Assembly: GCA_025594325.1 (NCBI GenBank) | Contig: JANHCV010000006.1 | Location: 1,736,001 to 1,800,000 of the forward strand | DNA from: Blastocladiella emersonii ATCC 22665 | Lineage: Eukaryota > Fungi > Blastocladiomycota | Reading direction: 5' to 3' | Length of the DNA: 64,000 nucleotides | Part shown: in pieces, positions 52,601 through 64,000 of the stretch | Numbering within the stretch: position 1 is the first letter of the stretch | How the letters are laid out: each line of letters starts with the position of its first letter | Notes under the pieces: generated by a model | The model's database searches: none | Told to the model about the DNA's origin: nothing | What the model saw: only the letters and a program-made list of their open reading frames with translations | Translations under genes and position numbers: made by a program

Positions 52601-54227
52601 GTACATGGTCTACGCGTTTCGGTGAGGGTGAGCAAGATGGCCACGAGAGCGCGGACAGCGAGCGTACCATGGGCGTCTCGAGGCACACGGACACGAACAG
52701 CATGACCATGTTGTAGACGAAGGCGGCGAGCACGATCTTGTTGAGGCTGCGCTCCATGGAGCTGAACTTGAGCCCGCTCTGCTTGAGGTTCTTGAAGATC
52801 TTGGTCTCGGCGCCGGCGTAGACGACGACGCCGAACGCCGCGTCCGTGTTGCGCAGGTACGACCCTCGCAGGAGCAGCTGGCTCATGGTGAGCGGGAACA
52901 CCTTTTCCGCGTCGTCGCGCTCCATGAGCAGGCGGCCCTCGAACTTGACCAGGTTTTCGTTGGGTAGCTCGCACTGGATCCGCCCGCTGAGCTTGGACAA
53001 CTCCTCGAGCGTGTTGGCGTGCATGGTCTCGGGCAGCGCGTTGCGCCGCTTCAGCGACGTCTCGCCGTCGAGCTCCGACGTCTCGATGAAGCAGTTGCCG
53101 TCCTCGTACGACGTAGACAGCAGGATCAGGTCCGCCGGCACCTTGTCGCCCTTGCTGAGCGACACGATGTCGCCCGGACGCAGCGTCTTGGTCTGCACCT
53201 CGACCCGCTCGCCGTTGCGCACCACGTACGACGGCTGCAGGTTGGCGCTGACATCGGCCTTGTATCGCGCCTACACGGTTCGGGAGAGCGTCAGAGAGCG
53301 GATCGTGCAGTGGACGACAAGAGTGATCGTACGTAGTCCTCGATGCCGTCCTTGACGGCCGTGACGGTCAGGACGAAGATGAGCGGCGCGACCTGCGCGA
53401 GCGTCGACACGGCGGTATCTCCGACCATCGAGAAGATGGCGCCGAGGAGGAAGTAGAGGTTCGAGAGTCGCCGAAACTACACGACCACGAGCAAGTCAGC
53501 CTCCGCCATGGCCACCTCCGCCAAATCAATCACGCACCTGGCCGAACAGGTTGAGCGGGAGAAAGCTGATGACCGTGTACTTGGTGGTGCGGATATAGTT
53601 GGTCGGGTATCGGTACTCGAGGTGCAGCGTCGAGTCGGGTCGGTTGAAGTCGACCTGGTACGTGGTGCCGCGGTGCAGCGACGCCGTGCTCTGGCTGTGC
53701 ACCGTGGACGCGACCCCGACGCCGTCGCTGGTGCGGCCCGCCGCACCGCCAGCGCCAGCGCCGGCGCCGCCATCGGGCAGGGACTTGGCGCTCGCCGTCG
53801 CGGTCGACATGGGCACGACCACCGACGACGCCTTGCGCGGCGGCGCGTGGCCCTGGTGGTGGCTCGGGTGCGCGGCGGGCTGCTCGGCCGCCGGTGGTGG
53901 CGGCGGCGCGTGCACGGGGCTCGCGGGGTCGGCGAGCGGAGGGACCGGGACCGAGCCGTTCGGGCTCATGGCCGACGACGATGAGGGGGGCGGGGGCGAC
54001 GTCGACGACGGGGGCGCGCCGAACGCGAGTGGGGGTAGTGATGGCGTGGGTGTTGGCGGGGCCTGCGCGGGCGAGTCGCGGCCACCAGCGGGAGCAGCAG
54101 TCGATGATCCGGCCGCCGTCGTGGAAGATGGTGGTGGTGCCGCGGCGGGTCCCGGATTTGGCGAGGCGGTCGCGGCGGCAAGGCTCGGATCGAGGCGCAG
54201 CGATGCGTCTCGCGGGTCATTCGACAT
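49609..54227 (-). CDS. P4-type ATPase phospholipid flippase (multi-exon)
   Basis: [40 protein letters not shown] (P4-type TM4), [54 protein letters not shown] and [19 protein letters not shown]. Several short GT-AG introns. Confidence 0.95.
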
Positions 54228-55749
54228 GGAGAGGGCGACGGCGGGAGGCACGGAGCGAGCGAGCGGGCGAGCGTGAGGGAGGACGAGGAGGCGAGCGAGG
54301 AAGATGGCCGCGGTCGGGTCAGCGAGTCAGAGCGCTACCGGCGCCCGTTCTGCTGGTTGAGCGCGCGCGCTTGAGCGATCGAGCCGCGCGGCGGTCCCGA
54401 GTGCGCAACGTGTTCGCGGCCAGCTGGCAGCGGCCGCGGTCGCGGTGTGCGAACGGCCGACGCGGTGCAGCGTGCGCGGCGGCGGCGGCTCGAGAATCGG
54501 GCCGCGAGGCTAGCGCCCGCGAGGTAAGCGCCCGCGAGGTATTGGCGGCGGGAACGCTGTCGACGGCGCGGAAAACGTGTTGCTTGACCGAGCCCACGCG
54601 GTGCGCGAGAGTCGTGGTGGCGCAGGCCGCGAGCGAGCGGGCGGAGGGTGATCGTGGATGGCGCCGACCAGCCAGGGTCTACGCCGTGCCGCGAGCTGCG
54701 AGCGCGCGTGTAGTGCGAGACGCTCGACAAAGTAGGGCGGATCCGAGGCCAGTCGAGGACGCGCCGAGCGAGCGGGTGCGCGCGTGCAGTGCCGAAGCGC
54801 GACGGGGGCGAGTGCGCAAAAGTGGTAGATGATGATGACCGTCGCCGCGAGCCCGAGGTCGAGTAAACGAGTGAGCAGGGCAGGGGGGAGGCGAGAGGCG
54901 GGGAGGTGCAGGGTGGGGGGCACGGCGCGGAGACTAGGCGGCGGTACTGGAGACGGCGGAGGTGTCGGTGGTCGTGTTGCAGCAGCGGCCGAGACAATGT
55001 CTGCTCATCACATTCAAGTTGGGCGACGGTGGTGTGAGCCGAGGCCAAGGTGCGGCGAGCAGCGGCGGATCACGCCTTCTCCCCGCATGAAGGGGTGTCC
55101 GATCCGAGCGGGATGGTCGAGGCCACGGGTCGTGCGGGCAGCGGAGGCACGGGCCGCGCGTCGTGTCTAGCGGGTCGCGCGAGGGCCGGCGTGCGTGGTG
55201 GGGTAGGCGCGCGCGGGGGTGTCGTCAAGATGGGCGGCGGCGGCAGCAGCGTCGCGCGCGCGTGCGTGGTGAGGGGGCGGCGACGGCAATGCAGCCGGTG
55301 AGTGTGCAGTGGCACGGCAAGTGGGCGCTGGCGTAGTGTGGGGTGGCGAATTAGGTCTGATCAGGCCGGAATCGTCTCGCGTGCGCGCGCGCTCCGCTCC
55401 CTCTTGCTCTCGCTCTCTCCCTCGCCGTGGCGCGCGCGCGCCCTCGCTTGCTCTCCCGCGCCCGGTTTTCCGCCTTGGTTTGCGTTGGTTTGCAGCATAT
55501 CGCATCGCGCGTGCCACCCAGGTGCAGGGGACCACGGCACGCGCGCGCACCGGGTGCGAGACACGGCTGGGCGCGGTGGGACACGCGAAGCGCCACGCGC
55601 CGCGTCTCGCAGCTCGACGCGTCGCGGGTCAGGTGGAGATCACGCCGCGTCTCCCCCCTTTTTTTCTTTGCTTCGCTGATGTTAACGAATGGTCAGGCAG
55701 GCAGAGATTCAAAACGGATCGTCATATCATGTACTATTCGGCCTCCCGC

Positions 55750-56587
55750 TCAGTCGCCAAGCCGGCGACCTCCGCCGGCCGTCCACGACCGCGTCGCCGC
55801 GTTCCCCGCAGCGTGGCGCGGCGGCTGGACGCCGAACCCAAACTGGGTCATGGTCGGCCCGGCGCCCTGCGGGAACAGCAAGAAGAGGAACCCGGGCGTC
55901 GGAATGAGCGCGCGGCCGCCGTTGACGGCCGGGTACTGGACCAGCGCGTAGTGCACGGCGTGGCCGATCACGATACCGAGCAGTTTGACCGTCGGCACCG
56001 ACCCGGACATAAGCACGTCCCACCCGACGAGCACCCACGGGAAGTACTTTGCGGGGAACGTCATCCCGAACATGAACTGCATGATCGTGTCCGGGTTGAG
56101 CATCGACCACAGGTACATGAGGCCCATGAGCAGCGGCTCCGTCAGGACCGCGAGCTCGAACAGGTAGCCTGCAGCCTACACACGGGAGCGCAGTGCGGGT
56201 CAGTCGACGCGCGCAGGTGCAGCGGCGAGGCACGTCGCGCGGCGGGAGCAGTACCAGCGACCCGATCATGATGAGCGCCGTCGCGAACGCGAAATCGGCG
56301 GTCCGCCCCGCATAGTGTCCGCGCTCGAGGTCGAGCGAGGTGCGGTAGAGGAAGTAGAGCCCCATGGCCCAGTTGAACCCGAGCTTCCCCGTGAAGAAGC
56401 ACGTCAGGAGCCGCCACAGCTCCCACTTGCGCGTCACGAGCGGCCAGTACAGCAGCGTCGACCGGATGTCGATGAAGAAGTTGCCCGCGAGCGTCGTGGC
56501 CACGGTGCCCGTGAACAGCGCGCGCGTGATGGGCGGCAGCCCGAACACAAAGTCGGCAATCGGGTTGCCCTGGCCGGGGTGCGCCAT
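55750..56587 (-). CDS. Derlin (Der1-like ERAD rhomboid pseudoprotease) with C-terminal SHP-like box
   Basis: LPPITRA, WELWRLLTCFF, LYFLYRTSLDLE, TADFAF, FPAKYFPW, GIVIGH and WTAGGGRRLG. One intron near 56176-56253. Confidence 0.9.
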
Positions 56588-56851
56588 GGTTTGTTGAGTA
56601 CGTTGCAGCGGGTGGGATGATTCGTTTGCCGTGACGGCTGAAGCGAGAGGGAGAGCAAGGCGATGCGGGCGGGCCGCGGTGCCTGAGGTCGAAAGGCCAC
56701 GTCAAGCGGATCGCCACGTGGGCGCTCAAGTCGACGCGTTTCGAGACGCGTCTTTCAGTTCTTCGACTCGGTCTTCAGGAACGGGTTTTATCTACTACGG
56801 AGATAGGGAATACAAAGACACGGTTTCACACCTTCAATCGGCGGCGGCAGC

Positions 56852-58142
56852 TTACTTGGCCGGCCCGTGGCCTGGCCGCGAGTGGGCCGCGGGGCTCTCG
56901 TTCTCGTGCATCATCGACTTGAACTCGCGGATGCACTCCTTGGCCGACTGCCCGAAGCTGCGCTCGCCGCACATCTGGTACAGCGGGAGGAAGCCTACGC
57001 GCAAGGATTGTGAGTTCCGTGCTTGCGAAGCACAAGCACCACGCCGAGCGTACCCTTGTAGCCCGGGATCGGGAGCGTGACGCTGAGATCCTTCTTGGGC
57101 ACCTGGTCGCTGTCCTCGCCCTCGCCCATGGCGTGGACGCCGCCGACGTGCTGCGCGTGCTGGCGGTGGTACGTCGTGAGCCCAGGGATCGGGCGCAGGT
57201 ACGGGCTGCGGTCGACCTTGTGGTTGGCCTCCTGGATCTTGCGGTGCTCGGGGTCGTGGCCGCCGAGGACCAGGTGCGCGCCGGGCGCCACCGTCACCTT
57301 GGCCGCCTCGGGTCCGCTGCGCGCCACCGCCTCCATGTCGTGGATCTCGAGCTCGTGCTCGCGGTACATGCCCTTGAACTCGGCCATGGCCGCCGTCGCC
57401 GACTTTTGGTACTGCTCGCCGAACCGCCCGCGCTCGCGCGGGATGAAGCCCGTGAACCCGGGGAGGAACATCTACGCACGGGCGCAGCGTTAGTCTTGAG
57501 CTTGAGCCGCGCGAGCGTGGCACCGTACGTGATCGCGCGCACACTGCTCCTGCAGCTCGGCCGCACGCCGCTTCTTCTGGAGCACCGTGGCCGTGTGGCC
57601 CGTCGGCGTGTTGGCCATGGTCTCGTCGCGGCGGATCCGCACGTCGACGTCGACCGTCTCGGCAATGTCGTTGCCCGTCGGCACCGGGATTTTGGCCGTG
57701 GTGTTGAGCCACAGCGGGTTGCTCGACACGCCCGCCGGAGCCGGCTTGAGGTGCGCGGCGCCCGCGCCCGCCTGCGTCAGCGCGTCGACCTTGGGCGGCA
57801 GCCGCGACTTGGTGCTGCACAGCGCCTCGAAGCTCTGCAGCGCGGCTAGCGTCGTCACCGCGTACGACTTGCCAAAGTGCTCGCGGTTTCGCGGCACGTA
57901 GCCCGTGTAGCCTACACTCGGGTCAAGGGCGTGTTACTGCATCGCTCGATAGTGGCGGGTCGGACGACCGAGGACGGACCTGGCACGGGCGGGAACGAGA
58001 ACCGGTCGTCGGCCGTCGCATACTGGTTGACAGGCCCGCGGTGGACGCGCCACGGCTGCGAGGGCGCGCCGACCGAGCGGCGGGACCCGATCTCCGAGTC
58101 GCCCGCGCTCGGCAGCGTGGAGGTGGACTGCGACGTCGCCAT
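56852..58142 (-). CDS. FAM166/CIMIP2-like ciliary microtubule inner protein
   Basis: Repeated PGY/FTGxxP units after splicing: PVPGYTGYVPRNREHFGKSY, LPGFTGFIPRERGRFGEQY and IPGYKGFLPLY..GERSFGQ. Three introns. Confidence 0.75.
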
Positions 58143-59075
58143 GGTGGTGGTACTGGTGCTTTGAGTTGCGTGATCAAGCGTTACGTTGCGTATAGTGTGA
58201 GTAGTCGAATGCAGGAGCTCGACTTGGGTGACTTGCTTCGTCAATCAAGTTGGAGGTGGGCGAGTCACATGCGGGTCATCGAGTTGCCGCGTGTATCAGG
58301 CGTTCATTGCATGGTCTTTCGGTCACGCGATGTGATACATTGCCGGATCAAACCGTGCGTTCGCGGCTGTGATCGGGCAGCGAAATGCGGCCGCCCGCGG
58401 TGGCGCGACACACCGGGTGTCTCTCGTGTGAGACGCGTTGCGGCGTGACTTTCACATGACCGTGTTTTACGCGTCGACCAGCCCGGGTTTTCGGCTCGCC
58501 AGCGCAACCGGTCTGTCCCCCACGCCCGTGAGTCAAAAACTGTATCGAACCTATATCATGCGAGGCTGGCCATGGCTCCGGCGGGACTTGCTGCAACGGT
58601 CCCGCTGCTGTCCCCCCTGAGCCGCCCCGCACCGATTGCCTGGCAAACTCATCTTTCGCACCTGTGCTCACACACCCTCAGAGCCTCGGCCTGATACATC
58701 GTGTATCCCACCTGGCCCTCGCTCGGTCCTGATCCTCGAGCAACTTCGCTCATCCTCCCTCGACCCACCACCACCTCTGCTCTCCCTGACGTATCAACAA
58801 TACTATCGTCGTGTGCACCTGCCTGCTACGACACACCCACGCAACAAGACCACCCCCGTCTACCGACATCTCGTCGTCGAGGCCTCGCCGCCCATCGACG
58901 CCGCCACCAAGGATCTGGGCTCCCGCCGTCGCCACCACCGCGGCCCGCGCCCACCTCGACCGTCGCCTGCTCGACGCTCGCGTACCCGAACCTCCTCCCC
59001 TCCCCACCACCCACCCGATCCGAGTGTCTCGGACCGCCTCGCTCAAGCGCGTAACCGACCACGGCTACCTCCAAC

Positions 59076-60400
59076 ATGCCCGACACGCCCGGCGCGGCCA
59101 ACGACAAGGACGGCAAGCCGCTCCCCTCGATCCCGCACGCGGGCGAGGTGGAGGGCATCCCGATCGCGGCCAAGTTCAAGGTACGGTCGCACTCGCGCCT
59201 CGGCGGCATGGATCCGTGCTCGTGCTGACATCTGATCGCGGTCTGTGTAGGGTCCCGGCCCCGTCTACTCGCTGCCGCCGACCATCGGCATCAACGCCAA
59301 GTACATTGGCGAGCGCGCGCCGGCTTTCTCGTTCGGCGTCAAGATCCCGGCCAAGCCAGGTAGGCAACCCCCAATCCGCCGTGTGCTCGATACCCAGGCA
59401 ACTAATTCACGCACGATATCCTTGTATGAACCTCTCCGCTCGTCATCGTCACCATCGACTCGCTCGCGCTCCACCTCCACCTCGACTCTACTACCCGACG
59501 TCCCACTGCGGCATCAACCGTGATCTGACGATCCCTGTGACCAAGGGTCGATTGGGCCCGGACCGGCGGCCTTCTCGCCCAAGGTCCCGGGCAAGGGACC
59601 GTCGTTCTCGCTGCAGGGCGGGTTCAAGAAGGTGCGGCACGACGGCCGCGCCGTGATCTTTAGAGCCAACCCGAACGCGGACCCGGCCGAGGTCGACCTC
59701 GACAACCCGGGCCCGGCCAAGTACCAGGTCACGGCCACCAACTCGGTCGTCCCGCGCGCCCCCGCCTACACGATCACGTCGCGCCCGCCGCCCGAGAAGC
59801 GTACGTCACTCGCGTCGCGTCGTCCCTCGTCGAGACCGCGTCAACTGACCCGCCGACGACGTGCGTGTGTAGCCCCGGCGATCCCCGGCCCGGCCGCGTA
59901 CTGCCCGCCGACGTCGATCGGCGCCAAGCAGATCACGGTCGAGAGCTCGCCGGCGCCGACGATCGCGCCGGGCCGCAAGTTCAAGATGGAGGTCAAGTCG
60001 CCGGGCCCCGCGGCGTACCACCCGGTCAGCATGGCCAAGGTGGCCTCGTCGCCGCCCGCGTACTCGCTGGGCCGTCGCTGGGACAAGGATAGCGAGCTCG
60101 GCTACGGTACGTTCGCTCCTTGCCGTGACACGTCGAGAACCGGAACTGACGCGCTCCTGATCCCTTTCGCGTGTGCCACCTCCTGTGTCTACGTTTCTGT
60201 ATCTGTATCGGTCCGGTCCTGGGGGTGCTCGTGTCCGTTCGTTCCAAGACGTAGCCAAGACGATCCCGGGTCCCGGCGCGTACAACCCGACGCTGCGCAA
60301 CAAGAAGTCGGCGCCGACGTACAGCTTCCGCCAGAAGCACTCCGAGTACGAGCATTTCGTCCCCGACCCGGAGAGCGGCAACGGGCCGCTCGTCCTCTAG
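59076..60400 (+). CDS. ODF3: ODF3/CIMAP1 (SHIPPO-repeat) axonemal protein, 282 aa
   Basis: Exons 59076-59180, 59251-59359, 59546-59800, 59873-60106, 60255-60400 (849 nt). Repeated GPGPVY, GPGPAAF, PGPAKY, PGPAAY and PGPGAYNP units with APAFS/APAYT/APTYS motifs. Confidence 0.85.
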
Positions 60401-60646
60401 TCGGCCGGCCGGGACAAGCTCGTGGCCGTGGTCGCGGTGTCGGCCATGGTCGTCGTCGTCGTCGTGTGATATCTCTCTTCGTTCCCTGCTCTCCGTTTGT
60501 GTCTCTTGATTCTATAGTCTCGTGTCTCGATTGAATGCCTGGTGTGCGTGCTAGCGCGAAATGTACAGTGTTATCCCTCTCTGATCGGTTGCGTGCGAGT
60601 ACGAGGTCACGGGTGGAGGGGTCATATATTGCTACAGGGAAGACGA

Positions 60647-61415
60647 TCAATCGTCGTCGCTCTCGTCGTCGAGGCCGTTGCCGTCGGCGAACCGGAAGAT
60701 GGAGTTGTGGTTGTTGTTCATGCGGGCCGCGGCCGCATCCGAGGGGCGCACGATGACGTCGGCCTTGTACAGGCGCTTCTCGAGCATGTCGGTGGTGAAG
60801 TTGTCGGTGTTGCCGAGCTCCTCGAAGCCGATGAGGCTATAGCCGGCGGGGCGAGAGGGTCAGTCGGAGTTCGAGGTGGAGGCGGATCTCATGCGGAGCA
60901 GCGTACCGGTCCTTGCTCACGCCGTCGACAAAGAAGATGACACACGGCAGGACCTTGACCTTGAGGCGGTCGACGAGGAACGGCACGTTCTCGACGTCGG
61001 CGCGCACGAAGCGGGTCTTGAAGTGCTTGCGGGCAAGGATCTCGAGGTGCTTGTCGATGATGGCGCAGCGACGGAAGTCCTTGTGGAAGAAGTGCACGAC
61101 GGCGCGCGGCGTGGTGGTGGTCAGCTTGAGAATGTCCTTCTCGTCCTTGATCTCGATGTAGGTGCCGTGGTGGTTCTCCTTCATGTCGCGGGCGCGCTCC
61201 AGCTCGTACTTGAGCTGCTCGAGGCGCTGCTCGCGGAAGCCCGTGAACTGGTCGGCCTCGCGCTCCAGCTCGTCGAACAGCTCGTCGTCCGAGTCGAGGT
61301 GGTCGAGCACGCGGTCGCTTGGTCTAGAGGCGGGGCCCGGTGGCGGGTCAGGTCGGCGGGTGGTTCTTCATGGGATTGCATGGGGTCGCGCTGCAGCGGG
61401 TACTCACTCGGCCAT
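60647..61415 (-). CDS. TXNDC9: Phosducin-like protein 3 / thioredoxin domain-containing 9 (Plp1-like CCT cofactor)
   Basis: FREQRLEQLK, HGTYIEIKDEK, VVHFFHKDFRRCAIIDKHLEILARKHFKTRF, PFLVDRLKVKVLP and LIGFEELGNTDNF. Two introns. Confidence 0.88.
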
Positions 61416-61828
61416 GGTGAGGATCGGGTCGCTGGTGGGACCGGGAGCGTGGGGGCGGCTCCCCCGAAAAGGTCGTGAGAGCCGCGCGGAGACACGCGGT
61501 GGCGCGGGGATGGGCGCCGGGCGGGCCACGTGCGCGCCGCCACGTGCGTGCGCCACGCCAGGTCCTCTGCTCCTTTGAGGCCGCCGACTCGCTTTCATCA
61601 GGGCCGTGCCGTGTCCGGCCAGAGCACGTTCGCCGGCCGCCGTCCGCGCTCTCCGCGCTATAACGAGGCCGGAACGACACCGCAGTAAGGGCACCCACCC
61701 TACGCACCTGCAATGTATCCATCACGCACCCGCTCGCCGCGCTGGAAACCGCGGACTATCGTTGACCCGACGACGCTTGCTCCTCCGTAGCCGCGCCGCC
61801 GCGGTGCACTGGCCGCCGGGAACCAACC

Positions 61829-64000
61829 ATGCGCCTCACCGACTCGATCGTGGCGCTCGCCCAGCGCGCGCACGACGCCCTGCACGCCGGCGACGTGCAC
61901 GCCGGGTTCGCCGCCCTCAACGACCTCGACGCGGCCGTCGCCGCCCTGCGCGATGTGCGCGACCGCATTGCCCTGCTGGTACCTGCCTGCGTTTGCGCCC
62001 ATCGAGTGAGTGAGTCCTCGAGCTCACACCCGACGAGCGCCGTGACGTAGAACCTCCCCGCCCACCTCACCGCAACCGTCATCGCCAACGCGGACCCCGA
62101 CGCGAACGCCGCATCGCCCGCCGTCATCAGTGCGGCCGCGGCCGCGTCGACCGGGACCCAGGACCCTGCCCTGCTCGCTACGGCAGCTGCCGCGGCCGCC
62201 ATTGGCCTCGGCATCTCCGGCGTGCCCTCGCCCGCCGCGCCCGCGCCCGTCGACCTCCAGGTGCCCCAGCAGTTTGGCGCGACCCACCACTCGCCCGCCT
62301 TCACCCCGGTGATTCCCGCCAACGCGGCCGTGGCGCTGCAGCGCAAGCGCTCGCGTACCGGGTCGCCGTCGGCCGCCCGCCGCGCGTCCGCCGCCGCTGC
62401 CTCGGTCACCGGCACCACGGTCGGGTCGCCGCTGCTCGATGCGAGCGCCGCCAACAACGGCAGTAGTGGCGCCTCGCTCGTCCGCCGCTCCAGCGGCTCG
62501 TCGCGCAGCGCGCGCCCGGCCCCGTCCACCTCGGGCTCCGTCTCGGGCGGCGCCCACTCGGCGAGCCCCGCGCTCACCGCGTCGGCTTCGGGCTCGCCCG
62601 CGTCCGTGACATCCAGCTCGTTCCCCGCCTCGGCGTTCCCGACGCCGCACGCCGGCTCGCTCCTGTCGGCACAGCTGTCAGCCGTGAGTGGGACCCACCA
62701 GTTTGCGCACCACCACCAGTTTCAGAACCCGATGCTCGGTGCCGCCCTCGGCCACGTCGGCGGCGGCGGCCTCGCCACGGCCTCGCCCAACCCGTTCGTT
62801 CCGCTCCCCGCCGACGACCTCCCGCCGCTGTCCCTGTCGGCGCTCCCGATGCCGCTGCTCGGGTCCACGTCCGCTAACGGGTCGGCGACCAGCCTCGTGT
62901 ACCCGGCGTCGACGCTCGCGCCCATGCCCGAGGAGTGCGAGGAGCTCATGGACATGTCGGGCTCGGACGCGCACCACCACGCCGCCGCCGCGCTCGCCGC
63001 CGCGGCCAACGGGACGTGCGACCTCGCATGGCTCGCCAACGCCGCGGGCGCCTCGCTCGGCGACCTCTCGGCCATGAGTTTTGGGAGCGGGCCCGGCACC
63101 GGCGAGTACCCGTCGTCGCTCGCGTCGGCCGACTCAAGCATCCTCGGCTTCCTGCCCTCGTTCGACGGCATGGACACGACTGCCGCCAACGCTGCGGCGC
63201 CTATGGACCCGCACCAGTTCCTCGGCCTTGGCGACATGTCGGCGTTTGACGGGTTCGGCTTCGACGCGCTCCTCACACCCGCGACGTCGGCGTCCCTCCC
63301 CTCGCTCATCCTCACGCAGCCCACGCCGACCGAGGCGTGGACGCTTCCCGCCGCGGGTCACACGGCGTCGCCGCTCCCGTTCCCGCTGCCCACCCCGCCC
63401 GCGGCCGCGCTCGGCACCAGCATGCCCGCGCTCCCATCACCTGCGGCAGTACCGCCCCCGAGTAGCGGTGGTGCCAAGCTCGCCCGCCGGTCCTCGGTGA
63501 CCCGCGGCGGGAGCGACGGGCCCGGTTCCAGCACCGCGCAGACTGGTCCGGGCACGGTCCCGCGCTCGTCGGCGCCGAAGATCCAGCGGTCCAACAGCAC
63601 CACGGCGCACTCGGCGCGCGGTGCGGGCGGTGCTGGCGGGCTCGCGCGGTCGAGCTCGACCAACTCGCGTGCGTCGGCGGCGACCGCTGCGGCCGCAGTC
63701 GCTGCAGCAGCTGCCGCCAAGGCGGCCACCTCGTCGACGACCCCCAATGAGTCACCCATGACCCTCGTCGCTCCACCCGCGCGCCCGCTCGCGCCCGCGA
63801 CCGCGTCCACGGCGCCGTTGACGTCGGCGGTCCCGCTCGTGACGGCGGTCGTCGCGCGCGTCGCCGACCTCCGCGCGCGCGGGATCCGCGTGCCCGCGAC
63901 GCAGATCCAGCAGCACACGACCAACTCGGCGCCGTCGCAGCTGCCCGCCGAGGCCGTGGGCGAGCTGGACCGCGTCTTCTTCGGGTTCCTGCACGCGCTG
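61829..64000 (+). CDS. Hypothetical low-complexity protein, 3' partial (runs off window)
   Basis: ATG at 61829, intron 61979-62050 (GTACCT..CGTAG), then an open frame to the window end. Ala/Ser/Pro-rich, KRSR basic patch, ends in ELDRVFFGFLHAL. Confidence 0.75.

Noticed and set aside
58144-59420. RFX X-box motifs (GATTGCCTGGCAAAC, GATACCCAGGCAAC)
   Set aside because: Both mismatch the strongly conserved GT start of the consensus, so they are not called as features.
1-64000. Hundreds of long antisense and alternative-frame ORFs rich in Arg/Ala/Pro/Gly (e.g. 2404-4128, 28184-30154, 45325-48390 upstream part, 51407-52705)
   Set aside because: These are shadows of high-GC3 coding sequence with few stops in other frames. 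They have no protein-like composition or motifs.
1-64000. rRNA, tRNA, transposase, reverse transcriptase or telomeric repeats
   Set aside because: No recognisable signatures were found by eye. tRNAscan-SE, Infernal and RepeatMasker would be needed to exclude small or degenerate copies.

Overview
This is a GC-rich eukaryotic genomic window with many short (mostly 57-77 nt) GT-AG introns. The axonemal genes (FAM166/CIMIP2-like and ODF3/CIMAP1-like), gamma-SNAP and fungal-type core genes point to a flagellated zoosporic fungus, probably Blastocladiomycota (inference). The right half (35.4-64 kb) is mostly housekeeping genes: a BRCA1-like BRCT protein, an orphan 7TM protein, FAR11/STRIP, CK2 beta, mL46, SLY1, gamma-SNAP, MIC19, a P4-ATPase flippase, derlin, FAM166-like, ODF3-like, PhLP3/TXNDC9 and a partial unknown gene. 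Between NUP155/170 (1-4026) and the BRCT gene lies a ~31-kb accessory island. It holds three tandem DUF4470/methyltransferase-like paralogs with a mosaic sequence, a BTB-BACK-type gene, a GBP-family GTPase ending in a Ras-like CHCIIM lipidation tail, and three F-box-like paralogs. It also holds an orphan gene and a 2.4-kb non-coding unit bracketed by inverted arrays of 20-bp repeats. Four of the seven DUF4470, BTB and F-box-like genes are broken by only one or two lesions (in-frame stop or +1 frameshift). No rRNA, tRNA, CRISPR array or transposase was recognised. All gene models were built by hand and family calls come from motif recognition, not database searches.
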